NCBI GenBank assembly: GCA_023255625.1
Contig: JAHFLF010000003.1
Coordinates: forward strand, 2,105 to 66,104
Reading direction: 5' to 3'
Length of the DNA stretch: 64,000 nucleotides
Source: Candidatus Harrisonbacteria bacterium
Lineage (GTDB): Bacteria > Patescibacteriota > Minisyncoccia > UBA6257 > 1-14-0-10-44-23
Shown here: positions 36,842 to 46,872 of the stretch, piece after piece
How the letters are laid out: every line of letters begins with the position of its first letter
Numbering within the stretch: position 1 is the first letter of the stretch
Translations under genes and position numbers: made by a program
Notes under the pieces: generated by a model
The model's database searches: none
Told to the model about the DNA's origin: nothing
What the model saw: only the letters and a program-made list of their open reading frames with translations

Positions 36842-37573
36842 TTATTTTCCTAAATACGCTTGGATAACATTGTGTTGGCTTAAAACACTCGCCGGTGCGC
36901 CTTCGGCCAAAAGCTGGCCGTTATCCATCACAACAATATGGTCTGCAAGCGATCGGATAAGTTCCATGTTGTGTTCAATAAGCACAACTACCTTCCCCTT
37001 CGCGCGCAAATCTATCAAAATCTCTGAAAGCATTTTTACCATTGACGCTGCCAGCCCAGCAAATGGTTCATCGAACAAATAAATGTCTGCCTCAATAGCC
37101 AGAGTGCGTCCAATCTCCAGCAATTTACGCTGACCATACGAAAGCTGACGCGCCAGCTGATGTCGCTTATCCCATAGACCAATCCGTTCTAAAATCTCCT
37201 GCGCTCGAACCTCATGCATCTTCCCGCGTGCAGACCGCAGCGATTTAAAAACTCCGCGCTCGGTCAGCACAACTAAAATATTATCAAGCACGGTTATTTG
37301 TTCAAATAACCGAACCTCTTGAAATGTACGCGTGATACCGAACTCAATCGCCTCGTAGGATTTGAGTCCGGTTATCTGCTCACCACCAATGATTAAGACG
37401 CCACTATCAATTGCAGCCATACCGCTTAGTACATTCGTCAAGGTACTTTTGCCGGAACCGTTTGGGCCAATAATGCCGGTTATCTTGCCCGGCGTAAGCA
37501 CGAACGATAAGCCATCAACGGCGCGAACGCCGCCGAAATTTTTGTGCAAATTTTTAATTTCCAGCGCCGACAT
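36842..37573 (-). CDS. livG: branched-chain amino acid ABC transporter ATP-binding protein (LivG-like)
   Basis: GPNGSGKST, LSYGQRKLLEIGR, YLFDEP. Confidence 0.8.
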   Translation of the reverse strand: MSALEIKNLHKNFGGVRAVDGLSFVLTPGKITGIIGPNGSGKSTLTNVLSGMAAIDSGVLIIGGEQITGLKSYEAIEFGITRTFQEVRLFEQITVLDNILVVLTERGVFKSLRSARGKMHEVRAQEILERIGLWDKRHQLARQLSYGQRKLLEIGRTLAIEADIYLFDEPFAGLAASMVKMLSEILIDLRAKGKVVVLIEHNMELIRSLADHIVVMDNGQLLAEGAPASVLSQHNVIQAYLGK

Positions 37574-37618
37574 AATTTTATTCGTACTTTCGTGAATTAA
37601 TTCGTTATTCGTAGCTCT

Positions 37619-38485
37619 CTAAAGTTTATACTCCCCAATTAACCCCTGCGGCCGCCAGAACATCATCACAATAAGTAACACGCCATAAATCACTTCACGC
37701 AACTGCGCAGCTACATCTGCAGGCAATCCGATGAGACGGGAGAATTCAATGATCATGACTAAAATTGCTGTGCCTAAAATCGCTCCTCTCACATTTGCCA
37801 AACCGCCAACGATAATACACGCCAACATAAATACAGAGTCAACAATAGTGAATGTGCTCGGGTCAATGTAGCGGATGTAGCCGGCAAAAAGTCCCCCGGC
37901 GAGCGCAGCCATACCGCAGCCAATCATAAAAATCAATAACTTAAAATGTTTTGTCCGATAGCCGAATACTGCAATCGCCTCTTCGTCTTCACGGATTGCC
38001 TTGAGAACTCTACCGAAGGGCGTGCTCACTATCCACTTCGCGAGCCAATACACTAAAATCAGCAAAGTCAGGCACAAAAGTAAAAAAGGCAAATTCTCCG
38101 CGAACGAAACGCCAAATAATGCCGGCCGAGTAATCCCGGCAACGCCCAGCGGTCCGCCGGTTACAGAATCCCAATTTTTCATAATGCTATTAATGATATA
38201 GAGAAATCCGATTGAACCAAGAATGTAGTAATCTCCGCGGAACTTACTCATGACGCTGCCAATCAGTAATGCCACAACTCCGGCAAGGAAAATACCGGCC
38301 AGCATGGCAACGAAGAAATTGACGCCGCCATGTATTAGCAAGAGCGCGGTCGTGTATGCTCCAATTCCGTAAAAAGCAGCGTGCGCCAAGGTAACCAATC
38401 CGGTATAGCCGGTAATTGAATTCATACTGATCGCCAAAATAGCGTAGATGGCAAAAATGCTGGCAAGATTAATCAAGTAACTCAT
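37619..38485 (-). CDS. livM: branched-chain amino acid ABC transporter permease (LivM-like)
   Basis: 288 aa polytopic. Overlaps the upstream livH stop by 4 nt. Confidence 0.75.
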   Translation of the reverse strand: MSYLINLASIFAIYAILAISMNSITGYTGLVTLAHAAFYGIGAYTTALLLIHGGVNFFVAMLAGIFLAGVVALLIGSVMSKFRGDYYILGSIGFLYIINSIMKNWDSVTGGPLGVAGITRPALFGVSFAENLPFLLLCLTLLILVYWLAKWIVSTPFGRVLKAIREDEEAIAVFGYRTKHFKLLIFMIGCGMAALAGGLFAGYIRYIDPSTFTIVDSVFMLACIIVGGLANVRGAILGTAILVMIIEFSRLIGLPADVAAQLREVIYGVLLIVMMFWRPQGLIGEYKL

Positions 38486-39348
38486 TGTTTCAATATTCCC
38501 TGCGGTTTAAAAATTAAAAATAGGATTAGCATACTGAACCCAATGATTGCCTTCCACTCTCCGCCTAAAAAACCTACACCGGCCGTCTCGGCAAAACTTA
38601 AAAAGAAAGCACCTAAAAAAGCGCCGGAGGTAATTCCCATGCCGCCGATGAGGGCCGCTGTGATTGCCAAAATAATACTGGTCAGACCGTACCCCGGACT
38701 CATGCCCAAATCAAGTCCGACCAAAATGCCACCAAGGCCTGCCAGAGCAGAACTCAAAAGAACCACCTTATTCAAGTGCTTGTTTGTATTCAGTCCCATG
38801 ATCTTCGCCACCTCTTCGTCATCAGCGATGGCGCGAGTGGCCTTACCAAAAAGTGTCTTGCGCGAAATCAGCATGAGTGACAAAAAAATCAAGATACTAA
38901 CTGCAATAGTAACAATCTGCACAGAAGTTATGGTAATGCTGCCAAATTCAAAAACATGCCATTGACTTGTTGCCGGCTGCAACGACTGATATTCACTACC
39001 AAACCCGATGATAGTAAAGGCCTGGAGAGCCGTCATCGCGCCGATAGCCCCAACGAGCAAAGTCATGTTTGACGATCCGCGTTTTCGCAGTGGTTCGTAA
39101 ATGCAGATATGTAGCAGCCAACCGAGCAGCGCGGCCCCGATGATTCCGGCGCAGAAACCAATCAAGGCAGGCATTTTGAGAAAACGCGTTACCGCTATAA
39201 AAATATAGGCCCCGGACATAAAGACCGGCGCGAGGGAAAGATTAAAAAACTTGAGTACGCTGTACTGCAGCGAAAAAGCCATGGCTAAAAAACTATATTG
39301 GGCCCCGGTAATCAATGCGGCGACGACAAGCTGTAAAACGAGCGCCAT
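38482..39348 (-). CDS. livH: branched-chain amino acid ABC transporter permease (LivH-like)
   Basis: 288 aa polytopic. Operon order livK-livH-livM-livG-livF. Confidence 0.75.
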   Translation of the reverse strand: MALVLQLVVAALITGAQYSFLAMAFSLQYSVLKFFNLSLAPVFMSGAYIFIAVTRFLKMPALIGFCAGIIGAALLGWLLHICIYEPLRKRGSSNMTLLVGAIGAMTALQAFTIIGFGSEYQSLQPATSQWHVFEFGSITITSVQIVTIAVSILIFLSLMLISRKTLFGKATRAIADDEEVAKIMGLNTNKHLNKVVLLSSALAGLGGILVGLDLGMSPGYGLTSIILAITAALIGGMGITSGAFLGAFFLSFAETAGVGFLGGEWKAIIGFSMLILFLIFKPQGILKQ

Positions 39349-39422
39349 ATATTGAGGATACCATGCGCGGCCGAAAACCCGTGGAAGCGGGTTTTCGGCC
39401 GCGCAAATAGATTAACTTCTTT

Positions 39423-40553
39423 CTACTCCATCGGGGCCGCCATACCGGCCTTTACAACTTTAACAACATAATTAGCACCGACAACATCTCCATTAATGTC
39501 AAACTTGATTTCGTCGGAAGAAACACCGCCTTTATAATTCGTCTGGTAGAGAGCATTTTTGATTGCGGTTGAGTCAGTGCCAACCTTCTTCATGATGTCC
39601 GCTAGAATATAGATTCCGTCATATGCGCCCGGGGTGCAGGCAATAACCTCTTCGCTCCCGGTCTTCGCTTTTAATTTTGCCCCAAGTGTATCGCCATGCG
39701 CCGCGCTGACGACGGTGTACATGGCGCCCTCGCCGATTGTCCCAACATCAGCCCAAATCTTCGGATCATCCCAGGCATCTCCGCCAAGCATCGGCACATT
39801 TAATTTCATATCCGCGGCCTGCTTGAGCCCGGGAATTGATGCATCAGTATAACTTAAGAAATAAACTAATTCCGGTTTCGCGGCTTTAATCTTAGCCAGT
39901 TGAGCGCGCAGATCATGAGATGTCTGCTCAAAACTCTCCTCGGCCACAATTGTACCGCCCATTTCGGTGAAAGATTTTTTGAACACGCCGGCGATACCAT
40001 CGCCCCAATCAGTTTTCACATTCAGAATCGCAACCTTGGTTTTGCCAAGCTGTTCTTTTACAAACTTCGCGCCATACGAACCTTGATAGGTGTCCGACGG
40101 GTAGTCACGGAAGATGTAATCGCCCGCCTCTGTAACCTTCGGCGCAGAAGAACAGTAACTCAACATGGTTGTTTTTGTCTGCTCGGCAATCGGCGCAATC
40201 GCCAGCGTCTCTCCAGAGCAGGCACCGCCAAGAATAACAGGCACATGATCAACATTGATAAGCTTATTACCCGCCTGGCTGGCATCGGCTCCGTTGCATT
40301 TACCGTCTTCGTAAATAACCTGAAGCGGGCGGCCATTAATACCTCCTGCACCGTTTACTTCGTCAACTGCAATCTCCACCGCTGATTTTGCATTAAGACC
40401 CAAGTTGGCTAAGTCGCCGTTGAGCGGCCCGACAAAACCGATCGTAATCGGACTCTTATCGGTTGCCCCCTCCTGATTCTTCGATCCAGACAGGATGACA
40501 ATCAGAACAACCACTATAATAATCACAACCGCCCAACCTATCTTTTTTCCCAT
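39423..40553 (-). CDS. livK: ABC transporter substrate-binding protein, Leu/Ile/Val-binding (LivK/LivJ) family
   Basis: N-terminal anchor MGKKIGWAVVIIIVVVLIVILSG. Type I periplasmic binding fold motifs (ITIGFVGPLNGDLANLG...). Confidence 0.75.
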   Translation of the reverse strand: MGKKIGWAVVIIIVVVLIVILSGSKNQEGATDKSPITIGFVGPLNGDLANLGLNAKSAVEIAVDEVNGAGGINGRPLQVIYEDGKCNGADASQAGNKLINVDHVPVILGGACSGETLAIAPIAEQTKTTMLSYCSSAPKVTEAGDYIFRDYPSDTYQGSYGAKFVKEQLGKTKVAILNVKTDWGDGIAGVFKKSFTEMGGTIVAEESFEQTSHDLRAQLAKIKAAKPELVYFLSYTDASIPGLKQAADMKLNVPMLGGDAWDDPKIWADVGTIGEGAMYTVVSAAHGDTLGAKLKAKTGSEEVIACTPGAYDGIYILADIMKKVGTDSTAIKNALYQTNYKGGVSSDEIKFDINGDVVGANYVVKVVKAGMAAPME

Positions 40554-40685
40554 AGTGTAAATTTAAATAAAATAATAATTTAATTTAAGAGTAGCAGACT
40601 ATCAAAAGCTGGCAAGTAACCTTGTGTCGGACGGCTTTAACAAAAACCCGCGCGGATCCGCTCTAAAATCCAAAGTTCTTTTTTG

Positions 40686-40766
40686 TGCTCGGGAGAGGAC
40701 TCGAACCTCCACGCCTTGCGGCGCTACCACCTCAAGGTAGTGCGTCTGCCATTTCGCCACCCGAGC
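40686..40766 (-). tRNA. tRNA-Leu (anticodon GAG)
   Basis: GCTCGGG TG GCG AAATGGCAGA CGC A CTACC TTGAGGT GGTAG CGCCGCAAGGCGT GGAGG TTCGAGT CCTCT CCCGAGC A. Long variable arm. Confidence 0.85.
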
Positions 40767-40847
40767 ATCAAATTAAATTTGATTTGGCCAGTATACCTAA
40801 AGTCCGCTTAATTTTCAAATTTTGAAAACCAAAAAAACTCCCCTGGT

Positions 40848-40881
40848 CTATGTTACAGTGTACTAGTACACTGTAACATAG
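40848..40881. repeat. 34-bp perfect palindrome CTATGTTACAGTGTACTAGTACACTGTAACATAG (copy 2)
   Basis: Read directly. It lies between rplS and tRNA-Leu. Confidence 0.7.
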
Positions 40882-40904
40882 CAAGAAATCAGAATCGCAA
40901 AGAA

Positions 40905-40953
40905 AATAAAACACAAGCGCGCCGCCCTTCTGGGCGGCGCGCTTGTGTTTTTA
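40905..40953. terminator. Bidirectional Rho-independent terminator (rplS end)
   Basis: aaaacacaagcgcgccgccc ttct gggcggcgcgcttgtgtttttac. Confidence 0.65.
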
Positions 40954-40965
40954 CTTGCTTATATC

Positions 40966-41349
40966 TTACTTGCTTACCTCTGCTTCTGCAACCTTCTCGC
41001 CTTTTGCCATCTTCGCAGTTCGCTCATACGCAACCGCGGTCTTGCGGCGCAGCTGGCGGCGGCTGATATCACGGACATAATAAATCTTACTGCGGCCAAC
41101 TTTTTTCGGTGAACTTAAAATTTCTACCTTTGAAATTGACTGGCAGTTAATCGGATATACTTTTTCCATTCCCTCACCGGCAACCGTTGCCCGGACAGTG
41201 AAAGAGGCGCCAGCTTCGCTGCCATGTTTACGGCAAAGTACAAGCCCTTCGAAACGGCTCTCCCGCGTCTTAGCGCCCTCTTTAACAGTCTCGATCACGC
41301 GCACAGTTGCGCCGGCTTTGATTTTTGGAAGTACTGATTCGTGGATCAT
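40966..41349 (-). CDS. rplS: 50S ribosomal protein L19
   Basis: RFEGLVLCRKHGSEAGASFTVR...SISKVEIL...IYYVRD matches bL19. Confidence 0.85.
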   Translation of the reverse strand: MIHESVLPKIKAGATVRVIETVKEGAKTRESRFEGLVLCRKHGSEAGASFTVRATVAGEGMEKVYPINCQSISKVEILSSPKKVGRSKIYYVRDISRRQLRRKTAVAYERTAKMAKGEKVAEAEVSK

Positions 41350-41578
41350 GAAAATTTAGTAAAATTTTCACCCCATGAGATGGCGTACTCGCCTATCTCT
41401 TCGGGGTGGCTTCTAATAACTCTTGCGAGTGAGAATAACAGAAAAGGAGAAATCGCGCAACTACTCGTTTAAAAACTCACAGCCGCCTGACCCGGCTGGA
41501 GTCGGCGGCTGGCCGCGGCGGGTCCTTTCAACCCGCAAAAAAAGAGAAACAATACTACTTGTATATCAGGAAGCCCGG

Positions 41579-42181
41579 CTAATCGCGCTTCGCACGCCGT
41601 CTCGCAGCCAACCTCAATTCGGGGCCGAGATAAGATTCCACCGGCAAACCCATTGCCGCGAGACGCCCGAACAGATGGCGACGAGCTCGCGACAGAGCCA
41701 TGCCGAAGGCCTCCGGCCGAAGTCCGCAGGCAGCAGCTGCAGCTAGGTTGTTCTCATGAACTTCCAGCATTCGGATAACCAGCTGCTCATGCGGCGTGAG
41801 CTTAGCCAGTTCTATCAGCACCACCTGCCGTAATTCGACATCGCAGAGATCGCCTGCCGGATCGTCTGCTTGCCGACTCGCGGCCTGTATTTTCGCCACC
41901 TTCTCCATCCATCGCAACCTTACATTCCGCTGACGTAGTTCCTCGAGAAAAAAGTTCTTGCACAGCGTGACGAGCAGGCCGATGGCGCTTAGACGGATTG
42001 TGTTTCGCTTGGCGTAGCTTAGATAACGCAGGACCGCCTGCTGGAAATGCTCGTCGAACTCCTCAAGGGACATATGAACATTCTGCCTCTTCAAGGTGCA
42101 ATGTACAGATCTCTTGACCATGAGATACAGCTCTGAATCAGAAAGAGCAGCAAGGAGCTGCTCGTGCGTCAGCAACTCCAT
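41579..42181 (-). CDS. sigma-70 family (ECF-like) RNA polymerase sigma factor
   Basis: Region 2-like and region 4 HTH (LTPHEQLVIRMLEVHENNLAAAAACGLRPEAFGMALSRARRHL). Start placed at MELLTHEQ. Confidence 0.5.
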   Translation of the reverse strand: MELLTHEQLLAALSDSELYLMVKRSVHCTLKRQNVHMSLEEFDEHFQQAVLRYLSYAKRNTIRLSAIGLLVTLCKNFFLEELRQRNVRLRWMEKVAKIQAASRQADDPAGDLCDVELRQVVLIELAKLTPHEQLVIRMLEVHENNLAAAAACGLRPEAFGMALSRARRHLFGRLAAMGLPVESYLGPELRLAARRRAKRD

Positions 42182-42279
42182 CACTCCCTCCTTCTGGAGA
42201 AAAAGTCTGGATCCCCGCATTACCCGCATTCAATGTATCTTACGGCCTCTAAATTTGCAAACTAAGGTATTATAGAACT

Positions 42280-43425
42280 ATGCGCATTACCGTAGATCTT
42301 CGGCCGCTGGGCAGCGGCAGCCGCACCGGCATTCCCGGGTACACCTCTGATATTATTGGCGCACTACTTGCATACAAAGCCGGACACCAGTACACGCTTT
42401 TCCAAAATGGTTTCCGCACTCAATCGCTGCTGACCCAGTGGCGCGATTCAGCAAATGTGCATATTATCGAGAAGCGGATACCAAATCGCCTGCTGAATCT
42501 TTCAATGCGTCTTTTTAATCTGCCGCGGCTCGAGAAATATGCGCCGGCCGATGTTATCTTCAGCCCAAACTTTTATCTGCTGCCTAAGACAAAAACTCCG
42601 CGCGTTATCACTTTCCACGATTTATCCTTTCTGCATTATCCGGAGTTTTTCCGGCGCAAAGATCACGTCTGGCACCAGATGCAGCAGTACGCCCAGCAGG
42701 CGGCGCAGGCGACGCATCTGATCGCCGTTTCGGAGTTTACCAAAAATGACCTAGTCACATTACTCAACATTCCGGAGGGAAAAATAACGGTTATTTATCC
42801 TGGAATCAGTCAGCATTTTATACCGTACTCGGCCGGCGACGGACGACTAGCTGCTTATCGTATCGAAAAAAAACTACACCGGCCTTTTATTCTTTATCTT
42901 GGTTCGCTGGAACCGCGTAAAAATCTTTCGCTACTCATCCGGGCTTTTGATGAGTTCCGTGCCGACCCGCGATTTAAAGGATATGAACTCGTTATCGCCG
43001 GTCGCGATGGACTGGGGGCGGGCTCTTTGCGGCGGCTCGCCAGCGATCTGGCGAGCCGCTCCGCCATCCGCTTTCTCGGCCCCGTCACCGACGAAGAGCG
43101 CGTGCTGCTTTACAACTGCGCACGAGTATTTGTCTTCCCAAGCTGGTTTGAAGGGTTCGGTTTTCCGCCGCTTGAGGCGCAATGCTGCGGTGTGCCAGTT
43201 ATAGCCGCCGACCGCACCTCGCTTCCGGAGATCCTTGGCGACTCGGCGGTGCTTATAAATCCTTGGCGTCCGGGCGAACTGGCGCAGGCGATAGTTTCGC
43301 TGGAAACCAATTCAGATTTACGATCAGGTATAATTGCGAAGGGGCTAAAAAATTCTGCGCGCTTTACCTGGGAAAAAGCTGCCGAAGAAACACTCGCGGT
43401 ACTCGAGAAAACCCAAATCGCATGA
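42280..43425 (+). CDS. glycosyltransferase family 1 (GT4-type)
   Basis: EPRKNLSLLIRAFDEF ... FVFPSWFEGFGFPPLEAQCCGVPVIA is typical of GT1 C-terminal motifs. Confidence 0.75.
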   Translation: MRITVDLRPLGSGSRTGIPGYTSDIIGALLAYKAGHQYTLFQNGFRTQSLLTQWRDSANVHIIEKRIPNRLLNLSMRLFNLPRLEKYAPADVIFSPNFYLLPKTKTPRVITFHDLSFLHYPEFFRRKDHVWHQMQQYAQQAAQATHLIAVSEFTKNDLVTLLNIPEGKITVIYPGISQHFIPYSAGDGRLAAYRIEKKLHRPFILYLGSLEPRKNLSLLIRAFDEFRADPRFKGYELVIAGRDGLGAGSLRRLASDLASRSAIRFLGPVTDEERVLLYNCARVFVFPSWFEGFGFPPLEAQCCGVPVIAADRTSLPEILGDSAVLINPWRPGELAQAIVSLETNSDLRSGIIAKGLKNSARFTWEKAAEETLAVLEKTQIA

Positions 43426-43480
43426 GAACCCTGAACCCATTCGCATATTCGGATCATTAGCATGTTAGCGAATACTGACA

Positions 43481-45457
43481 ATGAAAGACGAAATAAAAAT
43501 TGTAAAAATTAAAAGGCCGGGAAGAAAAACTAAGCGGCTGCACCGCAAGCGGAAAATTAGCATATTTATTATTTGTGGCGTCATATTACTTATCTGTATC
43601 TTCTACGGCTGGCGACTTTTAACATTGAGAGATTTTGCGGCGCAATCAAAAACTCAAATTATTTCCCAGCTTGCGGAGGCACGGCTCGCGCTCTCCTCGC
43701 TCAACCCGGATGGTGCTACCCTGCCGCTCTCGCAGGTTAATGCCGAACTAAAAACTCTAAATATTGAAGCGGAAAAATACGGCGTCTTAAAGCTGGCCGG
43801 CTGGTGGGGCAATGTGCAAGATAAATTTAAAGCGCTACCGACAATTTTGCAAAATCTTACCGGCATTTCCGGCGTAGCTATTCATGTGAATGAGGATATT
43901 AGCTATCTCAAAGAGCACACCGTTGGACTGATGATGAGCGGTCGCGGCGACGAGCTACTGATAAAACTCGGCTCCCTGCAGGACAAACTGGCCCGGCTAA
44001 ATTTTTATCTGGCGAATGCGGCTTTCCAGCAAGCCGTTGATGCCAAAACGCAAACATCACTCTCTAAATTCAGCCAAGAGATTGGTCAGGCAACCAAAGC
44101 ACTTTCTTCGTTACGCGAATTTTTAAACCCGGTAACTCCCAGGCATGCGCTGGTCATGTTTCAAAATGAAAGTGAGCTGCGACCGGCCGGTGGTTTTTTA
44201 GGCAGCTACGCCGACATTACAATCGCGCATGGCGCCGTAGCTGGCATTGATGTGCGCGATATTTATGACCCGGACGGCCAACTAGATATCCAAATGACCC
44301 CGCCCAGACCGCTGCAACGGCTGACTAAGGATTGGGAAATCCGCGACGCAAATTGGTTTTTTGATTTTCCGGCATCAGCGAAGCAGGTATTAAGTTTTAT
44401 CAATCAATCGAAAATGTATACCGAACACAATATCCATTTCGACGGCGCGATGTCGGTCAATACAAAAGTTCTGGCCAGCATTATCGGCCTAGTCGGGCCG
44501 ATTGAACTCCCTGAATACAAGCTGACGATAACGCCGGAAACTTTTATGCGCGAGCTGCAGCGAGAGGTTGAGCAGGGCTACAATAAAAAAATTAATCAAC
44601 CGAAAAAAATACTTCAGGCACTTGCGCCAATTTTGCTGGAACGGCTCAAAACACGAACCCCTGAACAAAATCAAAAACTCCTGGAGAGCGTTAATTATCA
44701 CCTTTCACGCCGCGACATTCAGCTTTATCTTGACGATCCGGTGCTCGAAGCACAATTCAAAGAGCGCAATGTCGCCGGAGAATTATTGCCGCTGTCAAAA
44801 GCCAGCACATCGAGCATCATCGATTACCTTGGCGTCGCAACCGCAAATATGGCCGGCGGCAAGAGCGACTACTTCACCCAGCAAGATATTGCACTGGAAA
44901 GTTTTTTCTCGGCCAGCGGCACATTGGTCAGCAACCTAAAAATCACCCGCAAACACTCCGGACAAAACGAAACCGACTGGTGGTACACCGCACCAAACAA
45001 AACCTATACGCAAATTTATCTGCCGCTCGGCTCCCGGATATATAATGCGACCGGCACGCGCCCGTGGCCGGATCCGATTACTCGAGATTATAGCAGCTAT
45101 CATACTGAACCGACCGTCGTCGAAATCGAAAGCTCACACCGTTTTTTTGAAGATGAACAGCTGGATCGCTTTATTGCTTTTGGCAAAACTGTCTTTGCCG
45201 GCTGGATCACTACGCGTGCCGGAGCAACCTCAACTTTTAAGATGAGCTATCGTAATCCGAAAAAATTTAGCGCGGCCGTAAAAAATTATGAATTCATTTT
45301 TGAGAAACAATCCGGGGCGAATACTTCTTTTTCATTCAGCATAACTGCGCCGCCGGGATATAAGTGGCAGGAAACTGGCAGCGCCAACCTAAAATACGAA
45401 TCCGCCGATCCCCCCGGCCGCGTCCATATCCGTCAAACGCTTATTCCAATTCGATAA
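43481..45457 (+). CDS. large N-terminally anchored envelope protein (DUF4012-like; low confidence)
   Basis: 658 aa. Basic N-terminus, one TM, a long extracytoplasmic domain. It lies downstream of the glycosyltransferase. Confidence 0.35.
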   Translation: MKDEIKIVKIKRPGRKTKRLHRKRKISIFIICGVILLICIFYGWRLLTLRDFAAQSKTQIISQLAEARLALSSLNPDGATLPLSQVNAELKTLNIEAEKYGVLKLAGWWGNVQDKFKALPTILQNLTGISGVAIHVNEDISYLKEHTVGLMMSGRGDELLIKLGSLQDKLARLNFYLANAAFQQAVDAKTQTSLSKFSQEIGQATKALSSLREFLNPVTPRHALVMFQNESELRPAGGFLGSYADITIAHGAVAGIDVRDIYDPDGQLDIQMTPPRPLQRLTKDWEIRDANWFFDFPASAKQVLSFINQSKMYTEHNIHFDGAMSVNTKVLASIIGLVGPIELPEYKLTITPETFMRELQREVEQGYNKKINQPKKILQALAPILLERLKTRTPEQNQKLLESVNYHLSRRDIQLYLDDPVLEAQFKERNVAGELLPLSKASTSSIIDYLGVATANMAGGKSDYFTQQDIALESFFSASGTLVSNLKITRKHSGQNETDWWYTAPNKTYTQIYLPLGSRIYNATGTRPWPDPITRDYSSYHTEPTVVEIESSHRFFEDEQLDRFIAFGKTVFAGWITTRAGATSTFKMSYRNPKKFSAAVKNYEFIFEKQSGANTSFSFSITAPPGYKWQETGSANLKYESADPPGRVHIRQTLIPIR

Positions 45458-45514
45458 AAAAGAAAACCCCCGCACCAGCAAGCTGGATATAGGGGGAATG
45501 TTCATGAACAGATT

Positions 45515-45802
45515 TCAGCACCTCCTCCATCTGTTCATGGCTGAATCGAAATCCTTGTCACCGTCGCTTTTCCTCCCCCGGCAGATCTTGACTGCCAAGC
45601 AGATGAGCGCGACGCCGGGCAGAATCGGAATCGCGACCATTAGCACCACTGCCAGGACGATCACGCTGAAGATGAGCATCCCGCGTGAGCTCGGGTGCGC
45701 AGCGTATTCCCGATCATTCTCAATCTGCCGACGCCTTTCACGCCAGCAAAGCAGGAAAGATAGGGCGATGCACACCACTGCATAAATCTCGAGCCAGTCC
45801 AT
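45515..45802 (-). CDS. small GC-rich membrane protein (hypothetical)
   Basis: 95 aa, two hydrophobic helices. High-GC island. Confidence 0.3.
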   Translation of the reverse strand: MDWLEIYAVVCIALSFLLCWRERRRQIENDREYAAHPSSRGMLIFSVIVLAVVLMVAIPILPGVALICLAVKICRGRKSDGDKDFDSAMNRWRRC

Positions 45803-45811
45803 GGGAACCTC

Positions 45812-46099
45812 CTAGCTGCGCGTGTGGTGCCGACTTGAGTAGTCAACGAGCCACAGGAGAAACAGCGCCTGTCCCAGGCCGCCGATGACCGCCCCAATCG
45901 ACCACACTGCCAGATTCGGCGGCATCCACAACCACTCAATCCAAGTCCATCGAGCACTGGCCGTTGACAGGCCGCCGATGCGAAACATCGCAACGACTCC
46001 GAGGGCGCCGCAGATGAGCCACAACGCAGAGATGACCGCGACAATATAGTCGAACATGAGACACCTCCCATCACAGCCGGACACTCCGGCTGCGTCCAT
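45812..46099 (-). CDS. small GC-rich membrane protein (hypothetical)
   Basis: 95 aa, three hydrophobic segments. High-GC island. Confidence 0.3.
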   Translation of the reverse strand: MDAAGVSGCDGRCLMFDYIVAVISALWLICGALGVVAMFRIGGLSTASARWTWIEWLWMPPNLAVWSIGAVIGGLGQALFLLWLVDYSSRHHTRS

Positions 46100-46100
46100 A

Positions 46101-46832
46101 CTACCCTAGCAAATCCAGCAAAGATTGCAATTCGGATGGCAATGATGCGTCGATACTTATTTTCTTGCCGCCTGGAGTTTTAAACTCCAAATGTTGCGCA
46201 TGTAAAAATTGCCGCCCAAGCTCAAAAATATCCTTGTGCTTGCCGTACAGCTTATCGCCATAAACCTCGTGACCGATTGAACTCAAGTGTACGCGAATCT
46301 GGTGCGTCCTGCCGGTCTTTGGCATCACGCGCAAAAGTGTAAACTCATCTTTGCCACGCATGTAATGAGCAAGTGTTGCATATTCCGTTACGGCCTCACG
46401 CGGCATTTTGCCCTTAAACACAGTCCGCCTCACAGTTCCATCTTTGATACTGATGGGCTTATCAATCACGCCGCTCTTTTCGTGAATCCTCCCCCACACA
46501 AGGGCGAGATATGTTTTTTTAACCGCCCGGCCTTGGAAAAGTTTTTTCAAATATTCAAATGCTTTTTGATTGCGAGCGATAACCATTGCGCCACTCGTCT
46601 CACGGTCTAGCCGGTGCACAATTCCCCCGCGCTGCTGTTTGATAAGCCCCTCCTCGGACTTGTCGCCCACCTCTTTTGTCTCTGGATATTTCTCCGCGAG
46701 CCAGTCAACGAGCGTCGGCTCGTTGTGTAACTGACCCGTTTTATTAAAAATCCCGTGCACCAAAAGCCCGGCTGGTTTATTAATGACCAACACATCTTTG
46801 TCTTCGTATAAAACTGGAATTTTCATATTCAT
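46101..46832 (-). CDS. rluD: RluA-family 23S rRNA pseudouridine synthase (RluD-like)
   Basis: HRLDRETSGAMVIARN catalytic motif. Confidence 0.8.
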   Translation of the reverse strand: MNMKIPVLYEDKDVLVINKPAGLLVHGIFNKTGQLHNEPTLVDWLAEKYPETKEVGDKSEEGLIKQQRGGIVHRLDRETSGAMVIARNQKAFEYLKKLFQGRAVKKTYLALVWGRIHEKSGVIDKPISIKDGTVRRTVFKGKMPREAVTEYATLAHYMRGKDEFTLLRVMPKTGRTHQIRVHLSSIGHEVYGDKLYGKHKDIFELGRQFLHAQHLEFKTPGGKKISIDASLPSELQSLLDLLG

Positions 46833-46872
46833 TATTCTCTAATTCTGCAGAATATTGGTATAAGCAATGATT

